Of a stretch of DNA of 64,000 nt, positions 29,085-39,859 are shown in pieces; positions within the stretch are counted from its first letter, which is position 1; the number at the start of each line of letters is the position of its first letter. The notes below the pieces were generated by a model, which had not been told where the DNA came from, ran no database searches, and saw only the letters and a list, made by a program, of their open reading frames with translations. Location of the stretch: assembly GCA_965207885.1 (NCBI GenBank), contig OZ242311.1, positions 4,960,001-5,024,000 of the forward strand, written 5' to 3'. This DNA comes from Candidatus Latescibacterota bacterium. Its GTDB lineage: Bacteria > Latescibacterota > UBA2968. A program made the position numbers and the translations under genes.

Positions 29085-29753
29085 GTGATGCGAATAGACG
29101 TAATCACAATTTTTCCCGATCTGATTCGGGATGTGCTGAAATACAGTATCCCGCGACGCGCCATTGATGCGGGATTGATCGACATTTTGGCGCACGACCT
29201 TCGAGACCACGCAGACGACAAACACAAAACAATCGACGATACGCCTTATGGCGGCGGTGCGGGGATGATCTTCAAACCCGAACCCATTGCACGCGCGATA
29301 GAAGCACTCCCCACAGGTGGCCGCGTGATTTTTCTCACGCCTCAAGGACGGCTATTTACGCAATCTGTGGCCAATGAATTGTCTTTGTCAGACCATCTCG
29401 TATTGTTGTGCGGACACTATCGCGGCATTGATGAGCGCGTCCGCGAAAACTATGTCGATGATGAAATTTCAATTGGTGATTACGTGCTCAGCGGCGGCGA
29501 ATTGCCCGCCCTCATTTTGATTGATGCATTGATCCGGTTAATTCCCGGCGCCATTGGCAATGCCGAGTCAGCACTTGAAGACTCGTTTCAAAATGGCCTG
29601 TTGGATTGTGCGTGGTACACGCGACCTCGTGAATTTGAAGGCTTAACCGTGCCAGAGGCGTTACTTAGCGGAGATCACAAAAAAGTCGCCCAATGGCGGC
29701 GAGACAACGCGCGACAACGCACGCTTGAGCGACGCCCCGATTTGTTGGAATAA
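29085..29753 (+). CDS. trmD: tRNA (guanine37-N1)-methyltransferase
   Basis: DDTPYGGGAGM, SIGDYVLSGGE. Confidence 0.97.
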   Translation: MMRIDVITIFPDLIRDVLKYSIPRRAIDAGLIDILAHDLRDHADDKHKTIDDTPYGGGAGMIFKPEPIARAIEALPTGGRVIFLTPQGRLFTQSVANELSLSDHLVLLCGHYRGIDERVRENYVDDEISIGDYVLSGGELPALILIDALIRLIPGAIGNAESALEDSFQNGLLDCAWYTRPREFEGLTVPEALLSGDHKKVAQWRRDNARQRTLERRPDLLE

Positions 29754-29797
29754 CCAACTTTGTTTGAACTTTCATTTTTTTCAGGAGTATGTAAATC

Positions 29798-30145
29798 ATG
29801 GATGCTATTTTGAAATCTGTTTCCGAAGCACAACTGCGCGATGATGTGCCCGAGTTTGAAGCTGGCGATACCGTGCGCGTACACGTCCGCGTGGTAGAAG
29901 GAGAAAAAGAACGCATCCAGCTTTTTGAGGGTGTGGTCATCCAGCGCCGAGGACCGGGTATTCACGCGACATTTACAGTTCGCAAAATTAGCACGGGTGG
30001 CGTTGGGGTAGAGCGCATCTTTCCACTGCACACGCCTCGCATAGCCAAAATTGAAGTACTGCGTCGCGGTAAAGTGCGGCGATCAAAAATTTTTTACCTG
30101 CGCGATCTACGCGGTCGTGCTGCCCGCATTACAGAACGTCGATAG
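29798..30145 (+). CDS. rplS: 50S ribosomal protein L19
   Basis: [23 protein letters not shown]. Confidence 0.97.
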   Translation: MDAILKSVSEAQLRDDVPEFEAGDTVRVHVRVVEGEKERIQLFEGVVIQRRGPGIHATFTVRKISTGGVGVERIFPLHTPRIAKIEVLRRGKVRRSKIFYLRDLRGRAARITERR

Positions 30146-30155
30146 GAATTCTATT

Positions 30156-30416
30156 ATGCCTCCTCGCCGAGCGCGACAACGCCACACCCCCAAACCCCGG
30201 CCAAAGTTGCCCTATTCAGAACGGAATATGTGGCTTTTTGGGCTTGGGCTTGCCACCATTGCACTGGGCTATGTTTTTCTCTCGCTACCGCCAGTCGATG
30301 GATTTATGTCGCTCACGCTTGCCCCGCTGCTGCTCGTACTCGGTTACTGCGTATTGATCCCAATAGCCCTGCTCAGTGGCAATAAAAAAGATGAGCCATC
30401 AACCGATGTGAGATAG
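30156..30416 (+). CDS. Small two-TM membrane protein (DUF3098-like)
   Basis: Two hydrophobic helices, SLTLAPLLLVLGY. Confidence 0.65.
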   Translation: MPPRRARQRHTPKPRPKLPYSERNMWLFGLGLATIALGYVFLSLPPVDGFMSLTLAPLLLVLGYCVLIPIALLSGNKKDEPSTDVR

Positions 30417-30431
30417 GTTTAAACATTATCC

Positions 30432-30508
30432 GGGCGGTTAGCTCAGTTGGTTAGAGCGCCTGCCTTACAAGCAGGAGGTCACTGGTTCGAATCCAGTATC
30501 GCCCACCA
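30432..30508 (+). tRNA. tRNA-Val(TAC)
   Basis: Cloverleaf GGGCGGT/ATCGCCC, anticodon loop CTTACAA, GGTTCGAATCC, encoded CCA. Confidence 0.97.
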
Positions 30509-30515
30509 TAAACTT

Positions 30516-30550
30516 AAAAAAGGCTTGCAAGAATTCTTGTAAGCCTTTTT
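30516..30550 (+). terminator. Intrinsic terminator after the tRNA
   Basis: AAAAAAGGCTTGCAAG-aatt-CTTGTAAGCCTTTTT. Confidence 0.8.
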
Positions 30551-30667
30551 GTGTTTCGAAAATGAACAGGGAGGGATTACGTCAACCTTGATTTTTCATT
30601 ATAAGAAACTAAATTGAAACATCGCGAGTAATCTGCATTCCTTTCCGTCTTTTGAATTGAGGACCCC

Positions 30668-31819
30668 ATGAAAATTACAGACATCGAAGTCATCACATTC
30701 CGAGTGCCAGGCGGCAGGTCTCGACCGAGTAAGTGGGGCTACGGCATCTGGGGAGAAGAGCAAAAAGAATCGGCAAGCTCGATCTTCAAAATCGTAACAG
30801 ATGAGGGTCTCGAAGGATATATGGTCGGTGGCGATCGGCAATATCTCGAAGGTCCAATCAAGCGCATGTTGATCGGTGAAGATCCTCTTGCGCGTGAAAA
30901 AATCTGGAACTGGATGGACCAGTTGGTCACCTTCGGTCATTCATTGCCAGAGCATGTTATGGGCGCAGTCGATTGCGCCCTTTGGGACCTGCTGGGCAGA
31001 ATGGTTGACCTGCCCGTACACAAGATCCTCGGCGGTGCGCGCGACAAAGTAAAAGCTTATGCCAGCACGTATCCAAACATCGGCAAACCCGAAGACTATG
31101 CCGAACATGCACTCGAATGCAAAAAACAGGGATACAAAGCATACAAAGTTCACGCGTACATCTGCTGGAACCCACACACCTGGGAACCTGCCCCACAGGT
31201 ACCCGGATTTCCCAAAGAAGACATAGAAGTATGCAAAGCCGTTCGCGAAGCCGTCGGCGACGACATGGTCTTGATGTTAGACCCCTTTGGCGTTTACACT
31301 TTAGAGCAATCGCTGTGGGTCGGTCGCGAACTGGAAAAACTGAATTACTACTGGCTGGAACATCCCATGGTCGAAACGCGAACAGAAGCATACCGACGAT
31401 TGACCCGCGAACTGGACATCGCCATACTCTCGCCAGAACACATTCCCGGCGGCGTCTTTACACGCGCCGAATGGGTGCTCCAGGGCGCATCTGACATGCT
31501 GCGCATCGATCAAAACTATGGCGGCATCACGGGATGCTACAAAATGGTCAACGTGGCACAGGCCTTCGGCATTCAGTGTGAAATGCACTATGGCGGATGG
31601 GCAAACATGCAAATCCTGGGCGCAACAACAGAAGCAACTTGTGAATACTATGAACGCGGCCTCTTGCGTCCCGACTTCGACTACGAAACCCCACCCCCCT
31701 ATTTGAATTCCATTGTAGATCCCATAGATGATGACGGCAATGTCATCCTCCCCCAGCTACCAGGTCTGGGATTTGATTTCAACTGGGACTATATTAACGA
31801 CAATCTGGTTGACCCATAA
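30668..31819 (+). CDS. Mandelate racemase/muconate lactonizing enzyme family protein
   Basis: VDCALWDL, KAYKVH, LMLD, WLEHP, CEMH. Confidence 0.9.
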   Translation: MKITDIEVITFRVPGGRSRPSKWGYGIWGEEQKESASSIFKIVTDEGLEGYMVGGDRQYLEGPIKRMLIGEDPLAREKIWNWMDQLVTFGHSLPEHVMGAVDCALWDLLGRMVDLPVHKILGGARDKVKAYASTYPNIGKPEDYAEHALECKKQGYKAYKVHAYICWNPHTWEPAPQVPGFPKEDIEVCKAVREAVGDDMVLMLDPFGVYTLEQSLWVGRELEKLNYYWLEHPMVETRTEAYRRLTRELDIAILSPEHIPGGVFTRAEWVLQGASDMLRIDQNYGGITGCYKMVNVAQAFGIQCEMHYGGWANMQILGATTEATCEYYERGLLRPDFDYETPPPYLNSIVDPIDDDGNVILPQLPGLGFDFNWDYINDNLVDP

Positions 31820-31869
31820 CAGAACATTGGCCACCAGAACCAGGAGGACGATAGAAAAGGAGACCAGCT

Positions 31870-33030
31870 ATGGCCAGAATACTTGAGGAAGATGCAAGCG
31901 GCGCTGTCGTCTATCAGATCACCGACGACCCACTCGAAAAATCCAATATTTACTGCGAACAGCCCTACTGTTCGGCGGACTCCCGGGTTTTTGTGTACGA
32001 ACGGCAAAATCCGAAATCCAGCTCTAACTACAACGAATATGTGATCTGCGAATTCGGGACCTGGAAGAGTGAGGTTTTGGGGCAGGGACTGCGGGCACCG
32101 GGGATGAGCCACACCGGGATCTTTTACTACCGCCACGTACAGGAGGGAAAATGCCTGGAACTGCGGCGGGTGGATCTCGCCACGGGCGAATGGGAGGTAA
32201 TTTTCGAATTTCCCGAAGATTTTCAGCACCGGGGGATGGACACAGTGTCTCCCGACGAGCGCTACTACGCCTATGGCGTCACCCTCAGCCTGGAACCCCA
32301 GATGTTTGGAATCGAACTGCTGGATTTGAAGACCGGCACGCGGGATCTCATCCACACCGATCCGGATATTTGCAACCCCCACACCCAGTTCGAGCCCACC
32401 TGGGGCAAGCAAATTATGGTACAGCACAACCGGGGATGCAAGGTGCTGCCCGACGGTACCAGGGCGGTAATTTTCGGAGAACAGGGTGCCACGGAATTTC
32501 TCCTGGACATCCCGAGCGGAAAGGTGACGCGGTTGCAGGTAGGGGAACCTTATACGCCCAGCATCGTAGGACACGAAGCCTGGATTGCAGGAACGAACGA
32601 GATCTTACTCACAGTCCGAGCCCCAAACGCCCGGGGGCTACACAGCCCCGAAGAATGGTATTTTGCAGAAGGCGACTACACCCCCGAAAAGGGCAATCTG
32701 CTGGGCGTAAAAGCCGGGGAACCGCCACGGAGCGTCTCGCGCGGATACCGGTTTAATCACCTGGGGACATCGCCGTGCGGCCGGTACTTTTTTGCCGATG
32801 ACTGGCAGGGATCCGGCAAGCTCATACTGGGATCCATCCAGACGGGAAAAAATGCGGTCGTATGCGACGCCCGCACCTCAATCCTCGTCAAAAAAGCGCA
32901 TCCACACGCCTACGCCACTCCGGATATGCAGTGGATGGTGTTCACATCCGACCTGAGCGGACAGCCCCAAATTCACGTGGCCTCCATACCGTCGGATCTG
33001 GTGAGCGGACTAAACGGCACAGCGTCTTAA
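31870..33030 (+). CDS. Oligogalacturonate lyase-family beta-propeller
   Basis: IYCEQP, HTQFEP, GHEAW, HPHAYATPD...VFTSD. Confidence 0.65.
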   Translation: MARILEEDASGAVVYQITDDPLEKSNIYCEQPYCSADSRVFVYERQNPKSSSNYNEYVICEFGTWKSEVLGQGLRAPGMSHTGIFYYRHVQEGKCLELRRVDLATGEWEVIFEFPEDFQHRGMDTVSPDERYYAYGVTLSLEPQMFGIELLDLKTGTRDLIHTDPDICNPHTQFEPTWGKQIMVQHNRGCKVLPDGTRAVIFGEQGATEFLLDIPSGKVTRLQVGEPYTPSIVGHEAWIAGTNEILLTVRAPNARGLHSPEEWYFAEGDYTPEKGNLLGVKAGEPPRSVSRGYRFNHLGTSPCGRYFFADDWQGSGKLILGSIQTGKNAVVCDARTSILVKKAHPHAYATPDMQWMVFTSDLSGQPQIHVASIPSDLVSGLNGTAS

Positions 33031-33060
33031 AAAATCTACTTTAAGCGAAAGGAGCGAATT

Positions 33061-34260
33061 TTGAACAGTGATCCAGGGCTTCCCACCGTTGCACCAGAAG
33101 ATGTGGGACTATCAGCTACGCGTCTGCACCGCATCAATCACCTGATGCAACGCTATATCGACGAAGGCAAACTCGTCAGCATTATAACGATGGTCTGTCG
33201 GCAGGGCAAAATCGCGCATTTTTCTTGTTACGGAACACAAGACACAAAAGTACCCACAACGCGCGATACGATCTTTCGGATTTATTCAATGACCAAACCC
33301 ATCACAACTGTCGCGGCCATGATGCTCTATGAAGAGGGACTTTTTCAACTGGATGATCCCGTATCGGATTTTATTCCAGAATTGAATGATGTAAAAGTCT
33401 TCGCCGGTACAGGCGTACCCCCAGAGGACCTGGAGCGAGAAATCACGATTCGCCATTTGATGACCCACACATCGGGGATGACCTATGGCTTTATGGGCAA
33501 TTCGCCCGTCGAACAAATGTATAATGAGGCAAAAATTAATCGGCCAGACCATTCGACAAAAGAAATGGTACAAACACTGGCAACGCTACCCCTGGCAAAC
33601 CAACCGGGTACAGCCTGGCGCTACAGCGTATCGACCGATGTACTCGGGCATTTTGTCGAAGTTGTTTCCGGCATGCCCCTCAATGCGTTTTTCAGAGAGC
33701 GAATTTTAGATCCCCTGGGCATGGAAGACACGGAATTTTGGGTGCGCGAAGGACAGGGCCATCGGTTTGCGACAAATTACGCCCCGGCACAAGAAGGTGG
33801 GATTCGAGTAATTGACGACCCGGCAACCAGCAAATTTTCCAGTCCGCAAAAATTCTATTCCGGCGGTGGCGGATTGGTCTCCACAGCCTCTGATTATATT
33901 CGCTTCTGCCACCTGATGCTCAATGGAGGTGTGTTTCAAGGCGTGCGGCTACTGGGGCGCAAAACCGTCGAACTGATGACAATGAACCACTTGCCCGACG
34001 AACTGATGCCCATCTCTCTGGGACTGACAAATCTATCGGGTGAAGGTTTTGGATTGGGAGGCGCGATCTTGCTCGATGCAGCCGCTGGCGGTCTCGGCAG
34101 TGTGGGGACATTTCGCTGGGGCGGTGCGGCAACAACTGCGTTTTGGATCGATTATGAAGAAGAACTCGTCGGATTATTGCTCACGCAATTTATGCCCGCA
34201 AATTACTATCGCATTCGCGCTGAATTTAAGACACTGGTGTACCAGGCATTGATTGGGTAA
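33061..34260 (+). CDS. Serine hydrolase (beta-lactamase class C-like)
   Basis: SMTK (SxxK), LMTHTSG, WRYS, WGGAA. Confidence 0.9.
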   Translation: MNSDPGLPTVAPEDVGLSATRLHRINHLMQRYIDEGKLVSIITMVCRQGKIAHFSCYGTQDTKVPTTRDTIFRIYSMTKPITTVAAMMLYEEGLFQLDDPVSDFIPELNDVKVFAGTGVPPEDLEREITIRHLMTHTSGMTYGFMGNSPVEQMYNEAKINRPDHSTKEMVQTLATLPLANQPGTAWRYSVSTDVLGHFVEVVSGMPLNAFFRERILDPLGMEDTEFWVREGQGHRFATNYAPAQEGGIRVIDDPATSKFSSPQKFYSGGGGLVSTASDYIRFCHLMLNGGVFQGVRLLGRKTVELMTMNHLPDELMPISLGLTNLSGEGFGLGGAILLDAAAGGLGSVGTFRWGGAATTAFWIDYEEELVGLLLTQFMPANYYRIRAEFKTLVYQALIG

Positions 34261-34781
34261 TGATTTTTTTACATCAGAGACTATTCATATTGATCGAGAT
34301 ATTTATTATTTTCCTTCTATTAACACCCGTTTTGGGTGAGCAAATACCCAATGTAGATCGCGTAGTCGTGTACAAAAAAAAACGCGTGTTGCAATTGTGC
34401 CGGGGCGACAGCGTGCTCAAACAATATCCAATTGCACTGGGCAAATCGCCCGAGGGCCATAAAACACGAGAAGGCGACTCGCGGACGCCAGAAGGCCGCT
34501 ACATATTGGACTGGCGCAATCCCAATAGCAAATACTATCTATCTATACACATATCCTATCCAAACAAAGCCGACAAACAACGCGCAGACTCCCTTGGTGT
34601 AAACCCAGGCGGAGCTATCATGGTTCACGGATACCCAACGGGGAAATCGGCATCGCTGTGGAATAGATACTGGTTCTTGGGACGCGATTGGACGGATGGA
34701 TGTATAGCCGTATCAAACGAAGCCATGGATGAAATTTGGACTACTGTAAAAGATGGAACGCCAATTGACATCCATCCATAG
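34260..34781 (+). CDS. L,D-transpeptidase family protein
   Basis: EGDSRTPEG, IMVHG, WTDGCIAV. Confidence 0.9.
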   Translation: MIFLHQRLFILIEIFIIFLLLTPVLGEQIPNVDRVVVYKKKRVLQLCRGDSVLKQYPIALGKSPEGHKTREGDSRTPEGRYILDWRNPNSKYYLSIHISYPNKADKQRADSLGVNPGGAIMVHGYPTGKSASLWNRYWFLGRDWTDGCIAVSNEAMDEIWTTVKDGTPIDIHP

Positions 34782-34807
34782 TCACAATCAACTTGATGGA
34801 GACAATA

Positions 34808-35605
34808 ATGAGCGGACGATTTGGATACAACATGGACAAATCCACACCCCTTGAAGAAGGCATTGTATGGGGTGCAGAAAATGGATTTCGCTATATCGAC
34901 TTTCAGGCCGATATGCCCCCAAATAATCTAACTTCTTTTGACAATGCGCGCGTAAAACGCATTCGAGATTTGTGCGAGAAACACGCAGTGCAAATCGGCG
35001 TACATCCCTCTTCTGCCATTAACAATGCCGAATATGTCCCAATCTTATCCGAAGCAGTCGATGACTATGTGAACGCCAATTTTGACCTCGCAGTTCGGTT
35101 GGGATGCGGCTGGATCGTCGGCCATGGGGGCTATCACTTTGGCGATACAGGTCTGCGCCGAGATGCTGCCATAGAACGCATGAAGCGGCTGGTACATCGA
35201 GCGGAAAAAACCGATGTATTGATCTATTTTGAAAACCACAATTTGGAACCCGAACACGCCGAAATTCACTATTTGCCGCACAATGTTGAAGAGACGCAAT
35301 GGTTTTTTGATGCCATTCAATCCGATCACTTCAAGTGGGCATTCAACGTCGCGCACGGACATCTCGTACCCGAAGGCTGGGATGGATTTCTCGATACCTT
35401 TGGCGTAGATAACATCGGCCAGGTACGCATAAATGATAACAATGGCGATTACGAAATACACCTGGTACCGGGAGAAGGCACAATCGATTTTGACGCGCTC
35501 TTCAAACGCTTAAACGCCATGGGCTACGAGGGATGGTTCAGCCTGGGCTTTGGAAATGCAGCCGACAAAATTCGCATAAAAAACGAGTTTGAAAAAAATC
35601 TATAA
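34808..35605 (+). CDS. Sugar phosphate isomerase/epimerase (TIM barrel)
   Basis: FENH, NVAHGH, NDNNG, HLVPGEGTID. Confidence 0.8.
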   Translation: MSGRFGYNMDKSTPLEEGIVWGAENGFRYIDFQADMPPNNLTSFDNARVKRIRDLCEKHAVQIGVHPSSAINNAEYVPILSEAVDDYVNANFDLAVRLGCGWIVGHGGYHFGDTGLRRDAAIERMKRLVHRAEKTDVLIYFENHNLEPEHAEIHYLPHNVEETQWFFDAIQSDHFKWAFNVAHGHLVPEGWDGFLDTFGVDNIGQVRINDNNGDYEIHLVPGEGTIDFDALFKRLNAMGYEGWFSLGFGNAADKIRIKNEFEKNL

Positions 35606-35615
35606 GGAGGAAACA

Positions 35616-36338
35616 TTGTCGTTAGTCACAGTTATCGGACGTGGGCATTCGGGCACGCGCTTGATCTCCCACACGCTCTATGCCAGCGGTATGTACATGG
35701 GACGCTTGATCAATGCATCGGGCGATAAAATGCCTCCCCAGGCGCTGTACGATGCGTGTCGCGTAATGGCAAAATACGTGAAATGGAATGGCGGATTATC
35801 GTGGGATTTTGATGACCTGCACACCATGGACATCGACCCCGAATTTATCCACCTCGTCGAAACCTATTTGCAAGACGTGCTTCCCCCCAGAAATCGGTAC
35901 GAGAACTACGGATGGAAATTACCCGAGACCACACTCGTCTATCCGTGGATCGTGCGCATGTTTCCCGATGCAAAATACATTCACTAGGTGCGCGACCCGC
36001 GCGATTGTATTTTGAGTGGGCATAAAACAGATGATTTGAGCGATTTCGATATTCAATATCCACAAACAGATGACATACGCAAACGGCGGGCGATTTCCTG
36101 GTTATATCAGTATGAAATCATGAAATCCACGCCCGTGCCCAAACACTGTATCACCGTGCGATTTGAGGATGCGATATTAAATCAGGAAGAGACATTTGCG
36201 CGAGTAGAGGCATTCCTCGGATTTCCATTGGGCAAAGTGATCGTGCGTCCCGATTCCGTAGGCAGATGGAAAACCGATGATGGCGTCCATGATTTTGAGT
36301 TTTTGCATCCCGCGATGAAAGCGTATCAATACATCTAA
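35616..36338 (+). pseudogene. Sulfotransferase family protein interrupted by an in-frame TAG (35985-35987)
   Basis: GRGHSGT PAPS loop, GWKLP, YIH*VRDPRD, RFED, VGRWK; the two ORFs are in the same frame. Confidence 0.8.
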
Positions 36339-36349
36339 AAATCCCAAAC

Positions 36350-37309
36350 ATGCCCTACAAAACCTTCGACCGCTCCAAACTCAAACTCCGCCCGCTCGAC
36401 CAGCGGGAACACGACCTCTCTGTCGATCAAATTCCCGACCTCGACGCGCCAATACCTCCCTTTGACAACCCCAACCTTCCCATCGTCGCAGATCGAATAG
36501 TACGCGCCAGGCAAAACAATCGCGCGGTCATCTTCATGATCGGCGCCCACGTCATTCGCGCCGGCGCCGCGCGCTATCTCATCGACCTGATGGAACGCGG
36601 CCTCATCACCCATATTGCGGGCAATGGGGCCTGCGCCATACACGACTACGAATTTGCCCGCATCGGCGCAACCACCGAAAGCGTGGGCAGATATATCCGC
36701 ACCGGAGAATTTGGACTGTGGACAGAAACAGGCGACCTCAACCTCATTGCCCAAACAGCGGCGCAAAAAGGCATTGGACTGGGCGAAGCCGTCGGGCGCG
36801 ACATCCTCGAAAGCAATTACCCACACAAAGACATCAGCATTTTTGCCGCTGCTATCCGACTCAACATCCCCATCACCACACACGTCAGCATCGGTTATGA
36901 CATCGTCCACGAACACCCCAACTGCGACGGTGCCGCAATTGGCGCGAGCACCTACACCGACTTCTTAATTTTCACAGAATCCATCTCCCACCTCGAAGGC
37001 GGCGTCCTCCTCAACATCGGCACAGCCATCATGGGACCTGAAGTCTATCTCAAAGCCCTCGCCATGGCCCGCAATGTCGCCCGCCAGGAAAATCGCAGCA
37101 TCGCCAAATTTACCACAGCAGTCTTCGACCTCATCTCCCTCGGCGACGACCTCGACACCGAAGCCCCCAAAACCGACCCCCGCTACTACTACCGCCCCTT
37201 CAAAACCATCCTCGTTCGCACCGTGCGCGATGGCGGCGAAAGCTATTATATCCAGGGCGACCACCGGGAGACAATTCCAAATTTATATCGGCTAATAAGA
37301 GCAAAGTAA
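36350..37309 (+). CDS. Conserved hypothetical protein (possibly deoxyhypusine-synthase-like fold)
   Basis: GAHVIRAG, AGNGACAIHDYE, GPEVYLKAL, GDH motifs; codon usage typical of the host. Confidence 0.6.
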   Translation: MPYKTFDRSKLKLRPLDQREHDLSVDQIPDLDAPIPPFDNPNLPIVADRIVRARQNNRAVIFMIGAHVIRAGAARYLIDLMERGLITHIAGNGACAIHDYEFARIGATTESVGRYIRTGEFGLWTETGDLNLIAQTAAQKGIGLGEAVGRDILESNYPHKDISIFAAAIRLNIPITTHVSIGYDIVHEHPNCDGAAIGASTYTDFLIFTESISHLEGGVLLNIGTAIMGPEVYLKALAMARNVARQENRSIAKFTTAVFDLISLGDDLDTEAPKTDPRYYYRPFKTILVRTVRDGGESYYIQGDHRETIPNLYRLIRAK

Positions 37310-37315
37310 GCCCAC

Positions 37316-39295
37316 TCACCACGCAACATGGATCATATGCCCCTGCCCGTGGAACCATATCCAATCCACGACAACACCGATTGCCGTGCCCGCCATATAA
37401 GCGACCATCATACCCAGAAAAAGCGGTGTCAACCTGCGATAGCGCTCCAGGCCGCCAAGCCGCAACACAATCGTCTTCAAAGCCCAAACAAGAAAAATCG
37501 TCAGCGTTGTATTGCGAAGCGGTGCAGAAGCTGAAATCGTAAACCCAATCGGATGAAGCGGAAACCCCGGAAACCGATACCGCAAGAAAAACAACAAACC
37601 CGTAAATGCGGCGCCAATTCCCAAAAAACCGATACGATCCCAACTCGTACCCATTGTCCCGGCTTGAATGCGCCCCGCAGTGAGCTGGTTAAACCCCGCC
37701 AGATTCAGCGCCCCAATACCCCTGAAACTCACAGTCCCAAAATTGTAACTCCCCATCACATAATAGCCGTAATACAAAATAAATCCCACAGCCGTCGCAG
37801 CCCCAATCAACGCCCCCAACATCACACCCGGCGCGAGCACTTTGCGCAACCTGCGATTTATCGCCATCCCCAACCTCGGCACATGCGCCATAGGCGTCAT
37901 CGCAAACGTCTTGGCATCGCAGGCAAACGCATTGGTCAGCGTCAAAATCACCGCACTGCCCGGTCCCATGCCCAAAACGCCGAACAAATGCCAGGTAAAA
38001 GCCTGCGCCGTGATCGGTCCCCGCAAAAAAATAAGCCCGCTCTCCACCATAATCCGCGCCAATCCCAAATACAAGACCAGCGTGGCAAAATAAAATGCCA
38101 GAATGGGACCCCAGGCCATACCCGCGCTTTTCAACCACAACAAAAGATATACAGAACAGCCCAGCATCATCCACACAGAGGTCCGATACGACATCAACTC
38201 CTCGGTATCATCCACGCGATCATCGCCCCAGAACGCTTTGCGAAAAACATCCCGCAAATGCGACCGCGCAATCCACAAACCCCAGCCGACAAAGACGACC
38301 ATCCCCCCAAAACTCTGCCACCCCACCGCCGCGTGAAAAGACCCCCACGGATCCACATTGCCTACTTCCAGACCAATGCGATTAAACACCCCTGCCTGCA
38401 CAATAGCCAGCACAGAAAAAAACCAGATTGAAAACAGCACTTCCAGATTCGTAAAATAGCCAAACACCAGTGTCAAAAGACTGAACCGAAACTGAAAAGG
38501 CGGAAAACCCCGCGCAAGTGGCAACAATTTAGACGCAAAATTTCCACTCAAAATAGGCGGTGGCGGCACAGCCACATAAAACCAGGTAACCATAAACCAG
38601 CAAATAATCAGAAAGGTGACTGCAAATCCCACCAGAAAAAATCGCGACCGCACCAGAGATGAAAGCGTGCCGTGCGTTCCAGACACACCCGTCAGTTCCA
38701 AAAGCGCGCGTGCCACGGGAAAAGCCAGCCGTTCATGCGCCATCCACTGCTTTCGCAAAATCACGCTCAAGCAGAGATTGACACCCAGTATAGCACCCAA
38801 AAAAGTGCCCCACCAGAACAGTGGGGCAATCCACAAACGCCACGGAAACCCTTCCCCGGGCGGAAGTCCCTCGTAAAAATGCGTCACAGCCGCACGATCA
38901 TTTACCACAGCCCATCCCGGCAAATGCGGCAACAGCAATTCTCCCCATCGGTTCTCTGCCGACGCAAAATAGTGCGGCATAGTGAGCGCTTCGAGAAAAT
39001 AATTCGACAGCCACTCACCCTGCATACACGCAGCCACTATGCCTATGCAACACACGACCAGCAGCTCAGAAGGCGATAAGCTGCGTCCTTTCAAAAACAG
39101 ATTGCCCACCAGCAAAAACAAATACGGAATGAGCAGAGCCACGGACAAATGCGCGTGATCTGCACGCGTAGAATGCAGCACCAGACTCGCGTACACAGGC
39201 CAAAAATTGACCCACGCTGCCATGACCAGACCGATTACAAGCGACCGCCGCGTCACTTTTGATAGAACAGTACTCTTCAAAATCAATTTTTCCAT
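37316..39295 (-). CDS. Polytopic membrane protein (DUF6785 / putative peptide transporter)
   Basis: LRKQWMAHERLAFP, PLHPIGF, PLFLG motifs and many TM helices. Confidence 0.7.
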   Translation of the reverse strand: MEKLILKSTVLSKVTRRSLVIGLVMAAWVNFWPVYASLVLHSTRADHAHLSVALLIPYLFLLVGNLFLKGRSLSPSELLVVCCIGIVAACMQGEWLSNYFLEALTMPHYFASAENRWGELLLPHLPGWAVVNDRAAVTHFYEGLPPGEGFPWRLWIAPLFWWGTFLGAILGVNLCLSVILRKQWMAHERLAFPVARALLELTGVSGTHGTLSSLVRSRFFLVGFAVTFLIICWFMVTWFYVAVPPPPILSGNFASKLLPLARGFPPFQFRFSLLTLVFGYFTNLEVLFSIWFFSVLAIVQAGVFNRIGLEVGNVDPWGSFHAAVGWQSFGGMVVFVGWGLWIARSHLRDVFRKAFWGDDRVDDTEELMSYRTSVWMMLGCSVYLLLWLKSAGMAWGPILAFYFATLVLYLGLARIMVESGLIFLRGPITAQAFTWHLFGVLGMGPGSAVILTLTNAFACDAKTFAMTPMAHVPRLGMAINRRLRKVLAPGVMLGALIGAATAVGFILYYGYYVMGSYNFGTVSFRGIGALNLAGFNQLTAGRIQAGTMGTSWDRIGFLGIGAAFTGLLFFLRYRFPGFPLHPIGFTISASAPLRNTTLTIFLVWALKTIVLRLGGLERYRRLTPLFLGMMVAYMAGTAIGVVVDWIWFHGQGHMIHVAW

Positions 39296-39508
39296 GGGAG
39301 CAGGGATCACACAGAGACACTAAGACACAAAGGGGACATGGAGCAGAGTTTAAATTTATACATAGGAAATAGCAAGGGATATTTCTAAAAATCCTTGTAA
39401 TCCCTCCAATCAGTGACTATATTTCTCATAGTCTGAACAAATAAATTTGCTGAAATTTCTATAACGTACTCCAAACATTGACCACCAAAATCCCAAAGGA
39501 AAACCATA

Positions 39509-39715
39509 ATGCAGATTCCGACACCTCAAGACAAGTTGGCAGAGTTTGATGCCCGCTTGTCTCGCATTGAAGGCATTAATGAACAGATGAACACGCGCTT
39601 GACAAGCGTTGAGCAAGGTCAGCGTGATTTGAGAACCGATATTCGTTGGGTTATCGGCATTCAAATCACAACCTTGTTGACTCTTGGAACGCTCATTCTG
39701 TTCAAGGTCGGATAA
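39509..39715 (+). CDS. Small coiled-coil protein with a C-terminal TM helix
   Basis: RBS AAGGA; RLSRIEG...RLTSVE...IRWVIGIQITTLL. Confidence 0.65.
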   Translation: MQIPTPQDKLAEFDARLSRIEGINEQMNTRLTSVEQGQRDLRTDIRWVIGIQITTLLTLGTLILFKVG

Positions 39716-39803
39716 TTTTATTTAAAACAATAAGACGTTGGTTCACAAACGACTGGTGAGATGTTGGCATCTACACAACAGATATAGCTCACAAACACAT
39801 GGC

Positions 39804-39839
39804 ACAGAAAAGGGCTTGCGAGATCGAATCGCAAGCCCT
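39804..39839. repeat. 36-bp palindromic direct repeat, copy 1 (also a likely bidirectional terminator)
   Basis: ACAGAAAAGGGCTTGCGAGATCGAATCGCAAGCCCT; 35/36 identical to 46233-46268. Confidence 0.9.
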
Positions 39840-39859
39840 TTTACATTTATATGAGACTT

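Noticed and set aside
30432-30660. Integrative element at tRNA-Val
   Set aside because: No integrase and no duplicated tRNA 3' end seen in the window
35985-35987. Pyrrolysine or recoded TAG
   Set aside because: TAG is a normal stop in rpe, rimM and rplS; no pyl genes in the window
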